Shown here piece after piece: positions 18,834 through 28,377 of a DNA stretch of 64,000 nt (positions within the stretch are counted from its first letter, which is position 1; each line of letters opens with the position of its first letter). The notes under the pieces are model-generated. The model had not been told where the DNA came from and searched no databases. It worked only from the letters and a program-made list of their open reading frames with translations. The stretch is taken from IMG/VR virus record IMGVR_UViG_3300017917_000693, positions 7,143-71,142 of that record; one strand, written 5' to 3'. This DNA comes from a virus. The position numbers and the translations under genes are program-made.

Positions 18834-20028
18834 ATCCCATTGCTCGGGCTATTTCAGGATGTGTAGTAAGGAAACTTTGTTTGCGGTACTGATCAGTTAT
18901 TTTCATTTTTTCTAAAAACTCTGACCCATCACTGCCCTGTCCATTTTTAATGAATTGAACAATTCGATCAATTTCTACACGATGCTCTGCGCTGAAATCT
19001 GCTGTGGTTAATCTATTAATTACTAGCTGTTGAGCCGCAGGGGTCATGCGATTAATACACATATGATTTGGATCATGTAGCATATTAAAATACGTATGAT
19101 TAAATGTTTGTGTGTTTACCCAATTACACAGCTCTGGCAGATAGTAAACATTTTGTACATTGATAGTCATACAAATTTGTGTAGATATCTGCGGACTCCG
19201 CATGGCATTAAACCGTTCTATGTTGGATTCCACCTCTGCCCAGTCAGCTCCAAATCGCTCATACTCAAACCGTTGACCAACATTATCAATGCTAAATGCT
19301 ATTTCCACATGCCTGAACTTGCGCCACAATTCTTCAGCATCGTCTGGAAATACCGTACCATTGGTATTATAATGAACTTCAATATGTTGGCTATCACCTG
19401 TGTCTGCTGCAAAACGCAGAAGATCAAAGTGCTGTTCAATTAAGAAGGGCTCCCCGCCGGTGAATTCAAAATACTTTATATTGGGCAATAACTGCTTTAG
19501 GTTATCCCAGAATGCTGGGCTTTCACGAGGCCAAGCACCATCAGTCAGAAATTGATATGCTAGATGTTTTTTTCGATCGCCACCTACATAGTCCATTTCT
19601 TCTTTGGCCCATTTACTGCTTGACCAAGATCCGCAGATGCGACATTTAAGATTACAAATGTTACCTAGTTTAAGATCAATAAACCAAAGTTGATCAGGAT
19701 TGGTATTTGTCCAATCTACACTGTCATAATATTCTTTAAGTCTAACGCGACTGTTCATACGTTTGCTAGTACGTCCGGCGGCTTCTTCGTCCCAGCAACG
19801 TTTGCAGGTTGATGGTTTTTCTCCACGTAAAAATTTTTTCCGTAGATCCTGCATGTAATCACTGTGATATATTTCTTCTAAGGTATGCTCGCGTAATAGA
19901 TACTTGCTACCGTCAGACTTGGTTATTTCGTCAATGGCCAAACAGCATGGTCGTGCTGTACCTATAGGACTAGTTTCAATACTAATCCAAGGTAACATAC
20001 AAATTGTTTGAGGCAAACTACTTGACAT
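18826..20028 (-). CDS. radical SAM enzyme with N-terminal twitch/SPASM-like domain
   Basis: CNLKCRIC, TGGEP and NTNG motifs; N-terminal CMLPW...PCC...CKRC. Confidence 0.9.
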   Translation of the reverse strand: MSSSLPQTICMLPWISIETSPIGTARPCCLAIDEITKSDGSKYLLREHTLEEIYHSDYMQDLRKKFLRGEKPSTCKRCWDEEAAGRTSKRMNSRVRLKEYYDSVDWTNTNPDQLWFIDLKLGNICNLKCRICGSWSSSKWAKEEMDYVGGDRKKHLAYQFLTDGAWPRESPAFWDNLKQLLPNIKYFEFTGGEPFLIEQHFDLLRFAADTGDSQHIEVHYNTNGTVFPDDAEELWRKFRHVEIAFSIDNVGQRFEYERFGADWAEVESNIERFNAMRSPQISTQICMTINVQNVYYLPELCNWVNTQTFNHTYFNMLHDPNHMCINRMTPAAQQLVINRLTTADFSAEHRVEIDRIVQFIKNGQGSDGSEFLEKMKITDQYRKQSFLTTHPEIARAMGYE

Positions 20029-21352
20029 ATGATCTTAGATCCTTGTACTCCGGAAATACATCTTCAAACTTTTCTTCTCTGACCACATCCATACGATCAT
20101 TTTCCTTAAAGAAGTCAGATAGGAAATGACTGTTATCATGTTGTTGTAGGAAATTAATCAATCCACGATAACCACCTGTGGCACGACTAATACGATCTAA
20201 CGGTTCTAGCCAAGCAAGGTGATTTTCAATTTTTTCAATAGCCTGTGCTTTATAGTGGTTAGGCAAGACATCAGCTCGTATGCGATCAGGGCTCTGACAT
20301 AAATTAATATTCCAATCCTGCGGTCTGACAAAGCCACGCTCGACCCAATCTCTATGAAAGTCTGTTACGTGCAGTAGATTGTATAGGCTAACTGTACTAC
20401 TAACATAAAAATCTACGTTAGGACAAATCTCTATCATACGACGTCTATTGTCTTCGGTCTCTGACCATACTTGTCCTTTACGCATATATTCGCCACGTGC
20501 GTGACTATCGTCTAAACTGGCTCCAACACTAACTGTGTCAAATAATTTCCATAGTTCAAATACATCTTGATCTTTATATTTGAGTACACTAAAGTTTGTA
20601 TTATAGATCAGTCGCACGTGGAACATTTTGCGTTTGACTAACTCGTTTAAGATCATGTAGTGTTCTTCCATGATCAAGGGTTCGCCGCCGGCAAAGTAAA
20701 TCTGTTCTAGATTTGGTATGTGAGGTAACATCTGTTCCCACATGTCATATTTGTGTCGTCCAGCATATTCAACACTGTCCATTTCGCGTCCAAGTACTTC
20801 GGGTTTACGTCCGTATAATTTAACATGATCCGCAAACCAGTTGCTGCTGAATAGTGGGCCACAACTACGACAACGGAAGTTACATAGGTTACTAAAACGC
20901 AGATCATAGTAGCGTAGTTTAAAATCATTTAAACTGCCGTCTTCATTGGTCTCATCTGTGAGCTCAATTAAATGTCCAAAATCTTTGCTAAAACTATTGC
21001 GCATACTGAAGAATCCGTTATCTTCTAGCTCGTAACATTTAACACATTCTTTACAGGGCTTTTCGTTAAGCATGTTAGTACGCATGGTACGCATAGGCTT
21101 ATCGTTCCAGACTTCTTCCATGGTCTGCTGACGTAGATCCCCAATTGGTTGCCACATGTCGCCCAAACAACAAGGATAAGCACGACCATCGGGCAGTCCG
21201 TGTAGGTGTATCCAAGGCAGTATACAGAAGGTCTTGCTTTTAGTTAGCAATTCTTTATGACGGTCAGTTAACTCATTGGGATCACAATAGATTGGCATGG
21301 TACTATTGTAGTCGTAGTTTTTAAAATTAGGTTTAGTCTTTTTTATTTTCAT
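20018..21352 (-). CDS. radical SAM enzyme with N-terminal twitch/SPASM-like domain
   Basis: CNFRCRSC and AGGEP motifs; N-terminal FCILPW...PCC...CVKC. Confidence 0.9.
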   Translation of the reverse strand: MKIKKTKPNFKNYDYNSTMPIYCDPNELTDRHKELLTKSKTFCILPWIHLHGLPDGRAYPCCLGDMWQPIGDLRQQTMEEVWNDKPMRTMRTNMLNEKPCKECVKCYELEDNGFFSMRNSFSKDFGHLIELTDETNEDGSLNDFKLRYYDLRFSNLCNFRCRSCGPLFSSNWFADHVKLYGRKPEVLGREMDSVEYAGRHKYDMWEQMLPHIPNLEQIYFAGGEPLIMEEHYMILNELVKRKMFHVRLIYNTNFSVLKYKDQDVFELWKLFDTVSVGASLDDSHARGEYMRKGQVWSETEDNRRRMIEICPNVDFYVSSTVSLYNLLHVTDFHRDWVERGFVRPQDWNINLCQSPDRIRADVLPNHYKAQAIEKIENHLAWLEPLDRISRATGGYRGLINFLQQHDNSHFLSDFFKENDRMDVVREEKFEDVFPEYKDLRSYVK

Positions 21353-22689
21353 AGAGTGTCATACCAATCTGCTAGTTGTGGAAATGTATATTTAAAATCT
21401 TTTCCACGACGTTGGTCATATTGTTGATAAAAAAGTTTAAAGTCACGCTGTAAGATTTCACGGCTTACTGCGCCACTGTGCGGGCTGTCTACTTCTACTA
21501 GATATGTATTTAATCTAACAATATGTTCGTATTCAAATTCATGTATGTGTTCGATGTTACGACTAAGAAATGCTATTAATCTTTCACGAATATTCTTACG
21601 CACTTCTAAAGGCAATATCAGTGGGCTTTGGAAACTCGGAAAACGTAAGATGTTTAAGGTGAAGTTAATTGCGTCTCGACCGTACTTACGTTTTAATTCT
21701 ACAATCCAGTCTAGTAATTCATCTAGTGAGAATAGGCATAAGGCATTGATGGTACACATAACATGTAGGCCTCGCAGTTTGCCACTATCCAGTAGATATA
21801 GTACATTGCCAGTCCATTCATCCCAATCCAGGCCATCACGAATATACTCTGCATGACCATTCCACGACTCATTGCTGGTATATAAGTCAAGCTCAATGCC
21901 TTCACACGCATCCAATAATCTTTCAAGTTTTTCACGTTCAAATCCTAAGTTACTGTTAATAGCAAGACGTGTTGTACTCTTGCCTCTGTTGTCTTTAAAC
22001 CAATCAATTAAGCGCCAGAGATATGGGCTCATTAACGGTTCGCCACCGGTAATGCGTAGTTCCTTTAGGGTTCTGTGGAGGTCTGATTCCCACCACTTGA
22101 AGAACGCTTCAACGTAAGGATTGACGTCAGTAGGACCATACAGTTGACTACTATCGTGACTGTGAGTAAAGTGATTGCGTCCGTCAGATACGAGATCTGC
22201 ATAGGCTCCATTGCGCTTAATATCGCGTACCCAGGCTGTACTGAAAGCAGGGTTACAATAGCTGCAAGCAAACTGACAAGTTCTGTCAAATGCGATTTCA
22301 AGTGTTTGTAGATTAACATCATCTTGGTAATTAGTTTTATAAGCAAGATCTAAGTCCTCATCTGAATATATAATTGTTTTGTAAATTCTATCACTTGATG
22401 CGTTAGCATCTTCCAACTTCCAGCAGTACTCACAGCCACCGGGACGTTCACCTACCTGCATTTGACGACGCTGTTCTTTCTTTTCTTTTGTGTTGTGTAT
22501 AGCCTTAGGATTAAACTTAATTTCCTGTACATCAATAGCATGTGGTAGTGGATGGTGACAACTAGTAGTCTGTCCACTGCCTAACCATATGGTAGCGTTG
22601 TACCATTTAGCTGCACAGAAGCTACTACTCTTAGTGTCTATTACACGTTCTTTATATTCTAATAATGTTTCGTTAGGCTTTTTTGGCAT
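21349..22689 (-). CDS. radical SAM enzyme with N-terminal twitch-like domain (CxAKW/SCHHP subtype)
   Basis: CQFACSYC and TGGEP motifs; N-terminal CAAKW...SCHHP...CEYC. Confidence 0.9.
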   Translation of the reverse strand: MPKKPNETLLEYKERVIDTKSSSFCAAKWYNATIWLGSGQTTSCHHPLPHAIDVQEIKFNPKAIHNTKEKKEQRRQMQVGERPGGCEYCWKLEDANASSDRIYKTIIYSDEDLDLAYKTNYQDDVNLQTLEIAFDRTCQFACSYCNPAFSTAWVRDIKRNGAYADLVSDGRNHFTHSHDSSQLYGPTDVNPYVEAFFKWWESDLHRTLKELRITGGEPLMSPYLWRLIDWFKDNRGKSTTRLAINSNLGFEREKLERLLDACEGIELDLYTSNESWNGHAEYIRDGLDWDEWTGNVLYLLDSGKLRGLHVMCTINALCLFSLDELLDWIVELKRKYGRDAINFTLNILRFPSFQSPLILPLEVRKNIRERLIAFLSRNIEHIHEFEYEHIVRLNTYLVEVDSPHSGAVSREILQRDFKLFYQQYDQRRGKDFKYTFPQLADWYDTL

Positions 22690-23824
22690 AATAATCTTTT
22701 AGTTCGGGTAATACATTTAAAATAGATACGTTTCGAATAGTATCTCTAATAGCTATTTCTTTACAAAAATCTTGCCAGAGTTGATTATCAAATGCCGGCT
22801 GTTTATTAAGAGCTGTTACTATTGTATCTGCAATTGGATCTGACAGTTTAACCAATTTATTCTTTGACTCTTGCAGCAGTTCTGGTGGCATATTATATGC
22901 TCTGAATATCTCCGGTTCTGCCAGTGGATAGATACTTAAATAATAATTATTTTCTCTGGCCCAGGCAATTAATTTATCAATATGTAATATATTTAAATTT
23001 AATATTGTGGCATGTATTATTAAATTTATTCCTGGAATCTTTGATAGTGTTTTTACATTATTTTCAACTGTAGCCCAGACACTGTTATGTCTGATATATT
23101 CTCCCAAAGATCCAGTGGCATCAATGCTAATCATCATTCTTAATTTTGGAATATTAGATAATATGTTTAACCAATTTTCAGTTAATGTAGTAGCATTAGT
23201 TGTTAAATGAACCTCGGTATTGTCTAATAACTTGTTATCCAGAGCCCAAGTTAATAATTTTTTAATCTCGGGTACCATTGTTGGTTCACCGCCGCGAAGA
23301 TTAATCAGTCTGGGCGCAGTTTTTAACCAATTTTTAATTTCTTTAATCTCTGGATTATGTACTTCATAATCTTTCTGATCAATTCTACTTATTTTGAGTA
23401 ATTTATTTTCTGTTGCAATCGAACTACTCTCTTTCTCGTTACACATTAGACATTTTAAATTACATAAATTAGTTAACTGCAATTCTAATTCTACAGGCAA
23501 CGCTTTAGGATAGTCATAATGTTTTAAAATTTTGTCAGCATAATTTTCTAATATTGAATATTCACTATTAGCTTTTTGTCTAGGGCTAGTGATTCCGTTA
23601 TTTTCTTGTACGTAGCAATATTGACAACTCTCAACGGTTTCACCAAGTAACATTTTTTTACGCACTTCGGCAAGTTCTTGGCTATTCCAATAATCTTCAA
23701 TGGTAGAAGTACGAAGGTTATATTTACGTTCTTCTGTACTAGAACAACACATAGCAATATCGCCATTGGTGCAGACGACACTACTAGTCCATGGTTTTAT
23801 GCAAAAAGTTTTATTTTTCAGCAT
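22673..23824 (-). CDS. radical SAM enzyme with N-terminal twitch/SPASM-like domain
   Basis: CNLKCLMC and RGGEP motifs; N-terminal FCIKPW...MCC...CQYC. Confidence 0.9.
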   Translation of the reverse strand: MLKNKTFCIKPWTSSVVCTNGDIAMCCSSTEERKYNLRTSTIEDYWNSQELAEVRKKMLLGETVESCQYCYVQENNGITSPRQKANSEYSILENYADKILKHYDYPKALPVELELQLTNLCNLKCLMCNEKESSSIATENKLLKISRIDQKDYEVHNPEIKEIKNWLKTAPRLINLRGGEPTMVPEIKKLLTWALDNKLLDNTEVHLTTNATTLTENWLNILSNIPKLRMMISIDATGSLGEYIRHNSVWATVENNVKTLSKIPGINLIIHATILNLNILHIDKLIAWARENNYYLSIYPLAEPEIFRAYNMPPELLQESKNKLVKLSDPIADTIVTALNKQPAFDNQLWQDFCKEIAIRDTIRNVSILNVLPELKDYYAKKA

Positions 23825-25211
23825 GGTATTTGCATTCGTTCCAAAATTCTCGCATCTGCGGAAATGTTTCTAAAAACGTTCCTACTCCATATTGCAAGGT
23901 TGCATTACGTTTATCGTACTCGTTAAAAAAACGATAAAAGTCAGCACGTTGTTGTTCAATATACTTAGGATCTAAGGTACTGCCTTGTGCCATCCATGCT
24001 AGGTTACGTTCCATACGCTGTATTTCGTAGTCTTTGAATCCTACAAAACTACCTTCAGGCATCAGATGCCCTTTCATCCACGCAATCACATCTTCAAGTA
24101 CATGACAATAACTGTCGGGCAGTATCTGTAAACTCTGCCAGGTGGGTTGGCGTAGTAGCGGAGTGTCAAACCAAACACGCTGGTAGGTATGACTGTGTAG
24201 CTCGCGCAATTCTAAAATGTGTTCTAACAGTCTTCGTAACCCTAGAATGTTTAGATTATTCATTGTTATGATGTAGGTTAAACTATTGCGATAGGGCACT
24301 TCTGTCAGGTAACGATGAACATAGGTGTTTACACGATGCGGGCCTACACCTCTACGAATGTATGCAGCTTGCTCAGGATTACCCGAATCAAAGCTAACAT
24401 ACTGCATAAAATGTTCTATTCGTTCACCAGTACATAGTTGTTTTACTTTGTCCAGGTACTTATTAAACAATTCTGGTTCAACACTAAAGTTACTGGTTAC
24501 ATCTACGTGTAGATCACTTTTAGGAAAGTTTAAGATATAGTCAAACACCCGATGTGTGTTTTTATCCATTAGTGGTTCGCCACCAGTCATACGGAAATGT
24601 CGTAAACTACCGTACAGACTTGGCCACCACTCCCAAAACGCTTCCAGCCAAGGATTATGCTCGCGTGCAGGTATAGGACGACGACGTCCTTCAAAGTGTT
24701 CCGGAGCATTGTGCGGTGTGCTAGTAGGATAAGCACCCCAGCGTGTTATGTCCTTACCCCACTCAGTACTAAACTGTGGACTGCAATATGAGCAGGCTAG
24801 ATTACATGCGTGATTAAAATTTACTTCTACATAACTAGGTGTAGCATCCATGTCCCATGGTGCATTAACAATCTCATCATAGTGTTCTGCAGCCCAGGGT
24901 TCACCTGAACGATAGTGTCGATCACTTAGTTGTCCGTTGTCCTCAGCTGACCAGCAGTAACTACATTCTGGTGGACGTTGCCCTTCCTTCATAAGTCTGC
25001 GCTGTTCTTTTTTATGATCTGTATTGTGTAGTGCGCCAGGATAAAACTTCAATGGTGCCACAGGAATTTCATGTAGGGGCGGATGATAGCAACTATTGGT
25101 CATGCCTGTGGTTAGGTGCAGACTAACCTGTTGCCATTTAGCTAGACACAGTGCTGAGCCTAATTGTTCCCGCATTTGTTCTGCGGTTGACATGAAGTCA
25201 CTTTTACTCAC
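23811..25211 (-). CDS. radical SAM enzyme with N-terminal twitch-like domain (CxAKW/SCYHP subtype)
   Basis: CNLACSYC and TGGEP motifs; N-terminal CLAKW...SCYHP...CSYC. Confidence 0.9.
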   Translation of the reverse strand: MSKSDFMSTAEQMREQLGSALCLAKWQQVSLHLTTGMTNSCYHPPLHEIPVAPLKFYPGALHNTDHKKEQRRLMKEGQRPPECSYCWSAEDNGQLSDRHYRSGEPWAAEHYDEIVNAPWDMDATPSYVEVNFNHACNLACSYCSPQFSTEWGKDITRWGAYPTSTPHNAPEHFEGRRRPIPAREHNPWLEAFWEWWPSLYGSLRHFRMTGGEPLMDKNTHRVFDYILNFPKSDLHVDVTSNFSVEPELFNKYLDKVKQLCTGERIEHFMQYVSFDSGNPEQAAYIRRGVGPHRVNTYVHRYLTEVPYRNSLTYIITMNNLNILGLRRLLEHILELRELHSHTYQRVWFDTPLLRQPTWQSLQILPDSYCHVLEDVIAWMKGHLMPEGSFVGFKDYEIQRMERNLAWMAQGSTLDPKYIEQQRADFYRFFNEYDKRNATLQYGVGTFLETFPQMREFWNECKYHAEK

Positions 25212-26097
25212 GTGCCATTGGTCCTTGATTACGGAAATTACTCTTATAGTGATGTTTGAAGAACTTACTTTCTTCTGGGTCCATGTCTACGATAGGCAAG
25301 CTCAAACGTGTACGAAGTTTTTCACCTATAGCACGACAATGATCAGGTCCATGGTCTTTGTATTCTTCCCACAGAGTTGCTAACTTGTCAAAGTCCTGTA
25401 CATCTTTATGATTCCATTCAGTAAGCATAGTTTTAAATGTACCAAGACGTGCGCCGTATATTGCCCAGAAACCATTTTCCGCATCTGCGCCGACTGTTTG
25501 CCAAACGCACAAATGGTCATAGTTACGGCTGTGTACACGTTGATTAAACTCTTCTATGCTTGGCTTCGTACCTCTATCTAAACACATTTTAACACCTTCG
25601 CGGAAGCCTGCTCTCCAGGCCTGAAAAGGTGTTTGGTTAGGATATGTTGTGCTGTAGCAGTCATTCATAGCCCAATAGTCAGGATAAAAGCAAAACTCTA
25701 CGTCGTTTTCCGCTGTGCCGTCTGAGGCTTCGTGGGTCTGCATCGCGTAGACAAACTCCTTGGTCCAGCAGCTGAGTCCTCCGTTGCCGTATTGCAGTCC
25801 GTTAATGATATTCCGCGCTTTCCAACGAAACACTTTAGTATTGTTGCTACTATCAAGATTAAGTTGAAGGTTAAAAAATTCACTATCCGGGATATTATCG
25901 CCGTCAATGAGTACAAACCTGTCTGTGTCGCTTGCGTCAGCCGCCGCTTTGTGTGCTGCATCACTTCCTTTTACTCCATCAACACGTTTTGCCCATGGAA
26001 CCATGTTTTGAATCTTAATCCAAAACTCTTCTTTTTTTGGTTCATCATAACTTAGATAGATGCAATCTAAGTCAGCAATATCAATTATTTCTGTCAT
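25204..26097 (-). CDS. putative GT-A-fold glycosyltransferase
   Basis: DCIYLSYDEP...VDGVKGSDAAHKAAA...FVLIDGDN, with the DxD following a hydrophobic strand. Confidence 0.65.
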   Translation of the reverse strand: MTEIIDIADLDCIYLSYDEPKKEEFWIKIQNMVPWAKRVDGVKGSDAAHKAAADASDTDRFVLIDGDNIPDSEFFNLQLNLDSSNNTKVFRWKARNIINGLQYGNGGLSCWTKEFVYAMQTHEASDGTAENDVEFCFYPDYWAMNDCYSTTYPNQTPFQAWRAGFREGVKMCLDRGTKPSIEEFNQRVHSRNYDHLCVWQTVGADAENGFWAIYGARLGTFKTMLTEWNHKDVQDFDKLATLWEEYKDHGPDHCRAIGEKLRTRLSLPIVDMDPEESKFFKHHYKSNFRNQGPMARE

Positions 26098-26446
26098 AGT
26101 ATTCTACTTCGCTGTATTCTTCGCAGGATTCTACCACAACACTTGCATGGTATTTTACTACTTTAACACCTTTATCCGATTTAGTCAATGGAAAATAGTA
26201 GTAATATTTAGGTGGCTCGTGTACTATTTTACCATCTACTACTTTTAAATCGCGCCAATTGTGTGTCATGTACAATTCACGATCAATATGAATCCAATTA
26301 TCTCCTGTAGGAAATCCACTGGCTGTAAATCCTGTTACCCAGCCATCCTCATCGTAATAGGCGCGATATTCTTCAACTGTTTCTACAACAGGAATGTTAT
26401 CAAATGCCTTAAGAAATTCTTCTTCAGCTGATAAAATTTTTGTCAT
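26081..26446 (-). CDS. hypothetical protein
   Basis: Probable start MTKILS at 26446. Contains YRAYYDEDG...KVVDGKIV. Confidence 0.6.
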   Translation of the reverse strand: MTKILSAEEEFLKAFDNIPVVETVEEYRAYYDEDGWVTGFTASGFPTGDNWIHIDRELYMTHNWRDLKVVDGKIVHEPPKYYYYFPLTKSDKGVKVVKYHASVVVESCEEYSEVEYYDRNN

Positions 26447-27230
26447 GGTAGTGTACTGGACTATATTGGTTAACATTATTAATGCGCAACATATTACCAT
26501 CGCGCTCTACATTTACATAATCAAGCCAAGTCTGATGATCGTTCCAGCCTTGTACAGCCGACTTCATGTGTACAAAGTTAAAAAAGTCTAAGGTTGGTAT
26601 GTAACATTTTTCTTCGCCGACGAGCTTACTGGTTAAGGCAAATACTACATCAGTACTAGGCAACTCAGGACACTGCACTAAATTTTCTCGTACGGTATTC
26701 CAATTTCTATAGATGCTACCAGCAGTACGAAAAAAGTCCGCAGCAGTTTGACTATATCTAAAATAGTACATGCCGGTATAGATATCAGGAAGTCTGTTCA
26801 ATTCAAAAAATCTTCTATATGGTGTACGCTCAACAGTCTGTTGTTGATAATTTTTACAATGATAGCTAAAACAGACTTCACGCAGACGTAGCGCATCTAA
26901 CCAATGTCCGACATCTCTGGTAAACAGTAAATCGCTTTCTAACTTAATAGTTTCCTTGTAAGGAGTTAAATTAAACACCTGCCACTCATTTGACTGCTTC
27001 CACGATTCATCTTTAGCAAGGTCGTGGGGTAAAGTAATAACGTAATCAAAGGTTTTTCTATGCGCATCAGTCAACAGACTAGCAGTCTGTTCATCAACAA
27101 TTACGCTGTACGAAGCACTGGGCTGTGTTGCTTTTACATTCTGCGCTTGTAGATAAGCAAGCTGTAGATAATCTACATCAGTATTCTGCGCTATGGTTAA
27201 GAACCCAAACTGTTCTTTAAATTCACGCAT
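26424..27230 (-). CDS. putative glycosyltransferase (GT8-like GT-A fold)
   Basis: LTPYKETIKLESD (DxD variant), YTGMYYF, TDVVFAL, FVHMK and VHYH.K motifs. Confidence 0.65.
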   Translation of the reverse strand: MREFKEQFGFLTIAQNTDVDYLQLAYLQAQNVKATQPSASYSVIVDEQTASLLTDAHRKTFDYVITLPHDLAKDESWKQSNEWQVFNLTPYKETIKLESDLLFTRDVGHWLDALRLREVCFSYHCKNYQQQTVERTPYRRFFELNRLPDIYTGMYYFRYSQTAADFFRTAGSIYRNWNTVRENLVQCPELPSTDVVFALTSKLVGEEKCYIPTLDFFNFVHMKSAVQGWNDHQTWLDYVNVERDGNMLRINNVNQYSPVHYHDKNFIS

Positions 27231-27999
27231 CTATAGCATCCTTGATAAATTGTTCACACTGTTCACTGAGCAACCATGCTTTACTCATAATGTGTAGATT
27301 TTGCTTAGGCAACACATAGGCCTGTCCTAGACTTTTTAAATATATTTTATTGTCTTTAAGCTCTAGAGAATCTATAGTATTCTGTACACTTAACATTGGC
27401 CAGGGAATATAGTTTTGTGTGTCTTGAGCATAGCCATTTAACACAAGATCTGCAATAGTAAACGCATAATCGTTTCTGAAATTTTTTACAGAAATATTAT
27501 AAAGCTGTCTGTAGTATGCGTAGTTTCTTTCTACTCGTGCGACCATATCAAACAACATCTGTGTTTTAGGTGTACGATTAAACACTACTACGGTTGCCCA
27601 TAGATGAGGTAAACTGTACTTGCCCATCGGCGTATTTGGTTGTCCATCAACATATCTATTGTGGCGCACAATAGAGTAGTCTTGTACTGTGTCAAGAACT
27701 TTTAATAAACTGTCGTCTAAAACAAAGTAATCGCTGTCTAACAGTATAGTTTGATCATATGGACTTAACTCATATGCACGATGTCTGCCTAGATTATTCC
27801 AGCTTTCAAACTTGTTGTTGTCCACAGAATATCTAAAGTTATTGGACACATCGCTACGTATTATAGTGGTAGGCAGGCCAAGATAGTGTTGTATTAGGCG
27901 ACTAGAACGTTCAGCTATAGCTTCGTAATCTATAGCATCTGTGTTAGTGGCAAAAATTACAACGCCCTTAGATTTTTCTAATGCGTCGTAGTTCTTCAT
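27223..27999 (-). CDS. putative glycosyltransferase (GT8-like GT-A fold)
   Basis: LSPYDQTILLDSD (DxD), WATVVVF, FRNDYAF and LHIM.K motifs; paralogous to the neighbour at 26424. Confidence 0.7.
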   Translation of the reverse strand: MKNYDALEKSKGVVIFATNTDAIDYEAIAERSSRLIQHYLGLPTTIIRSDVSNNFRYSVDNNKFESWNNLGRHRAYELSPYDQTILLDSDYFVLDDSLLKVLDTVQDYSIVRHNRYVDGQPNTPMGKYSLPHLWATVVVFNRTPKTQMLFDMVARVERNYAYYRQLYNISVKNFRNDYAFTIADLVLNGYAQDTQNYIPWPMLSVQNTIDSLELKDNKIYLKSLGQAYVLPKQNLHIMSKAWLLSEQCEQFIKDAIDA

Positions 28000-28282
28000 G
28001 TTGAATATGCCATGAGTTCATAACACTGTGGTATTGTTCTCTTGCCTGTGTTAAAAACTCGTCTCGTTGAATTTTAATTGGATTATTATAGACATCTTCA
28101 AGGAACAGTTCTGATTCTGGCCAAGTAGCAACAAAAGATATTACGGTTGGGTCAAGACGGAACAGTCCGCCATTGTAGGCAAGATGCAGATCTGTCAGGA
28201 TCTTTTCTCTGAGTAATTGTTTGTTTACTTGATAGTCAGTAGCAGTTCTAATCTGTGCTACAAGTTCTTCTGGAGTAGTCAT
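27968..28282 (-). CDS. hypothetical protein, first gene of the enzyme operon
   Basis: 104-aa ORF with YNGG.F...D..NNPI motif. Confidence 0.7.
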   Translation of the reverse strand: MTTPEELVAQIRTATDYQVNKQLLREKILTDLHLAYNGGLFRLDPTVISFVATWPESELFLEDVYNNPIKIQRDEFLTQAREQYHSVMNSWHIQHEELRRIRKI

Positions 28283-28311
28283 AATAATAATTATCTAAGT
28301 TGTTGATAGCC

Positions 28312-28342
28312 AAAATAAAAGCACCATGTAGATGCTTTTATT
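28312..28342 (-). terminator. intrinsic terminator after the fibre genes
   Basis: On the minus strand: AATAAAAGCATC-TACAT-GGTGCTTTTATT-TT, a 12-bp stem with one G-U pair ending in a U-rich run. Confidence 0.65.
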
Positions 28343-28368
28343 ATACAGTACTGCGAAATTCCTGTCAA
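28340..28368 (-). promoter_or_regulatory. consensus sigma70-type promoter for the enzyme operon
   Basis: On the minus strand: TTGACA (28368-28363), 17-nt spacer, TATAAT (28345-28340). Confidence 0.85.
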
Positions 28369-28377
28369 CTATGCTGG

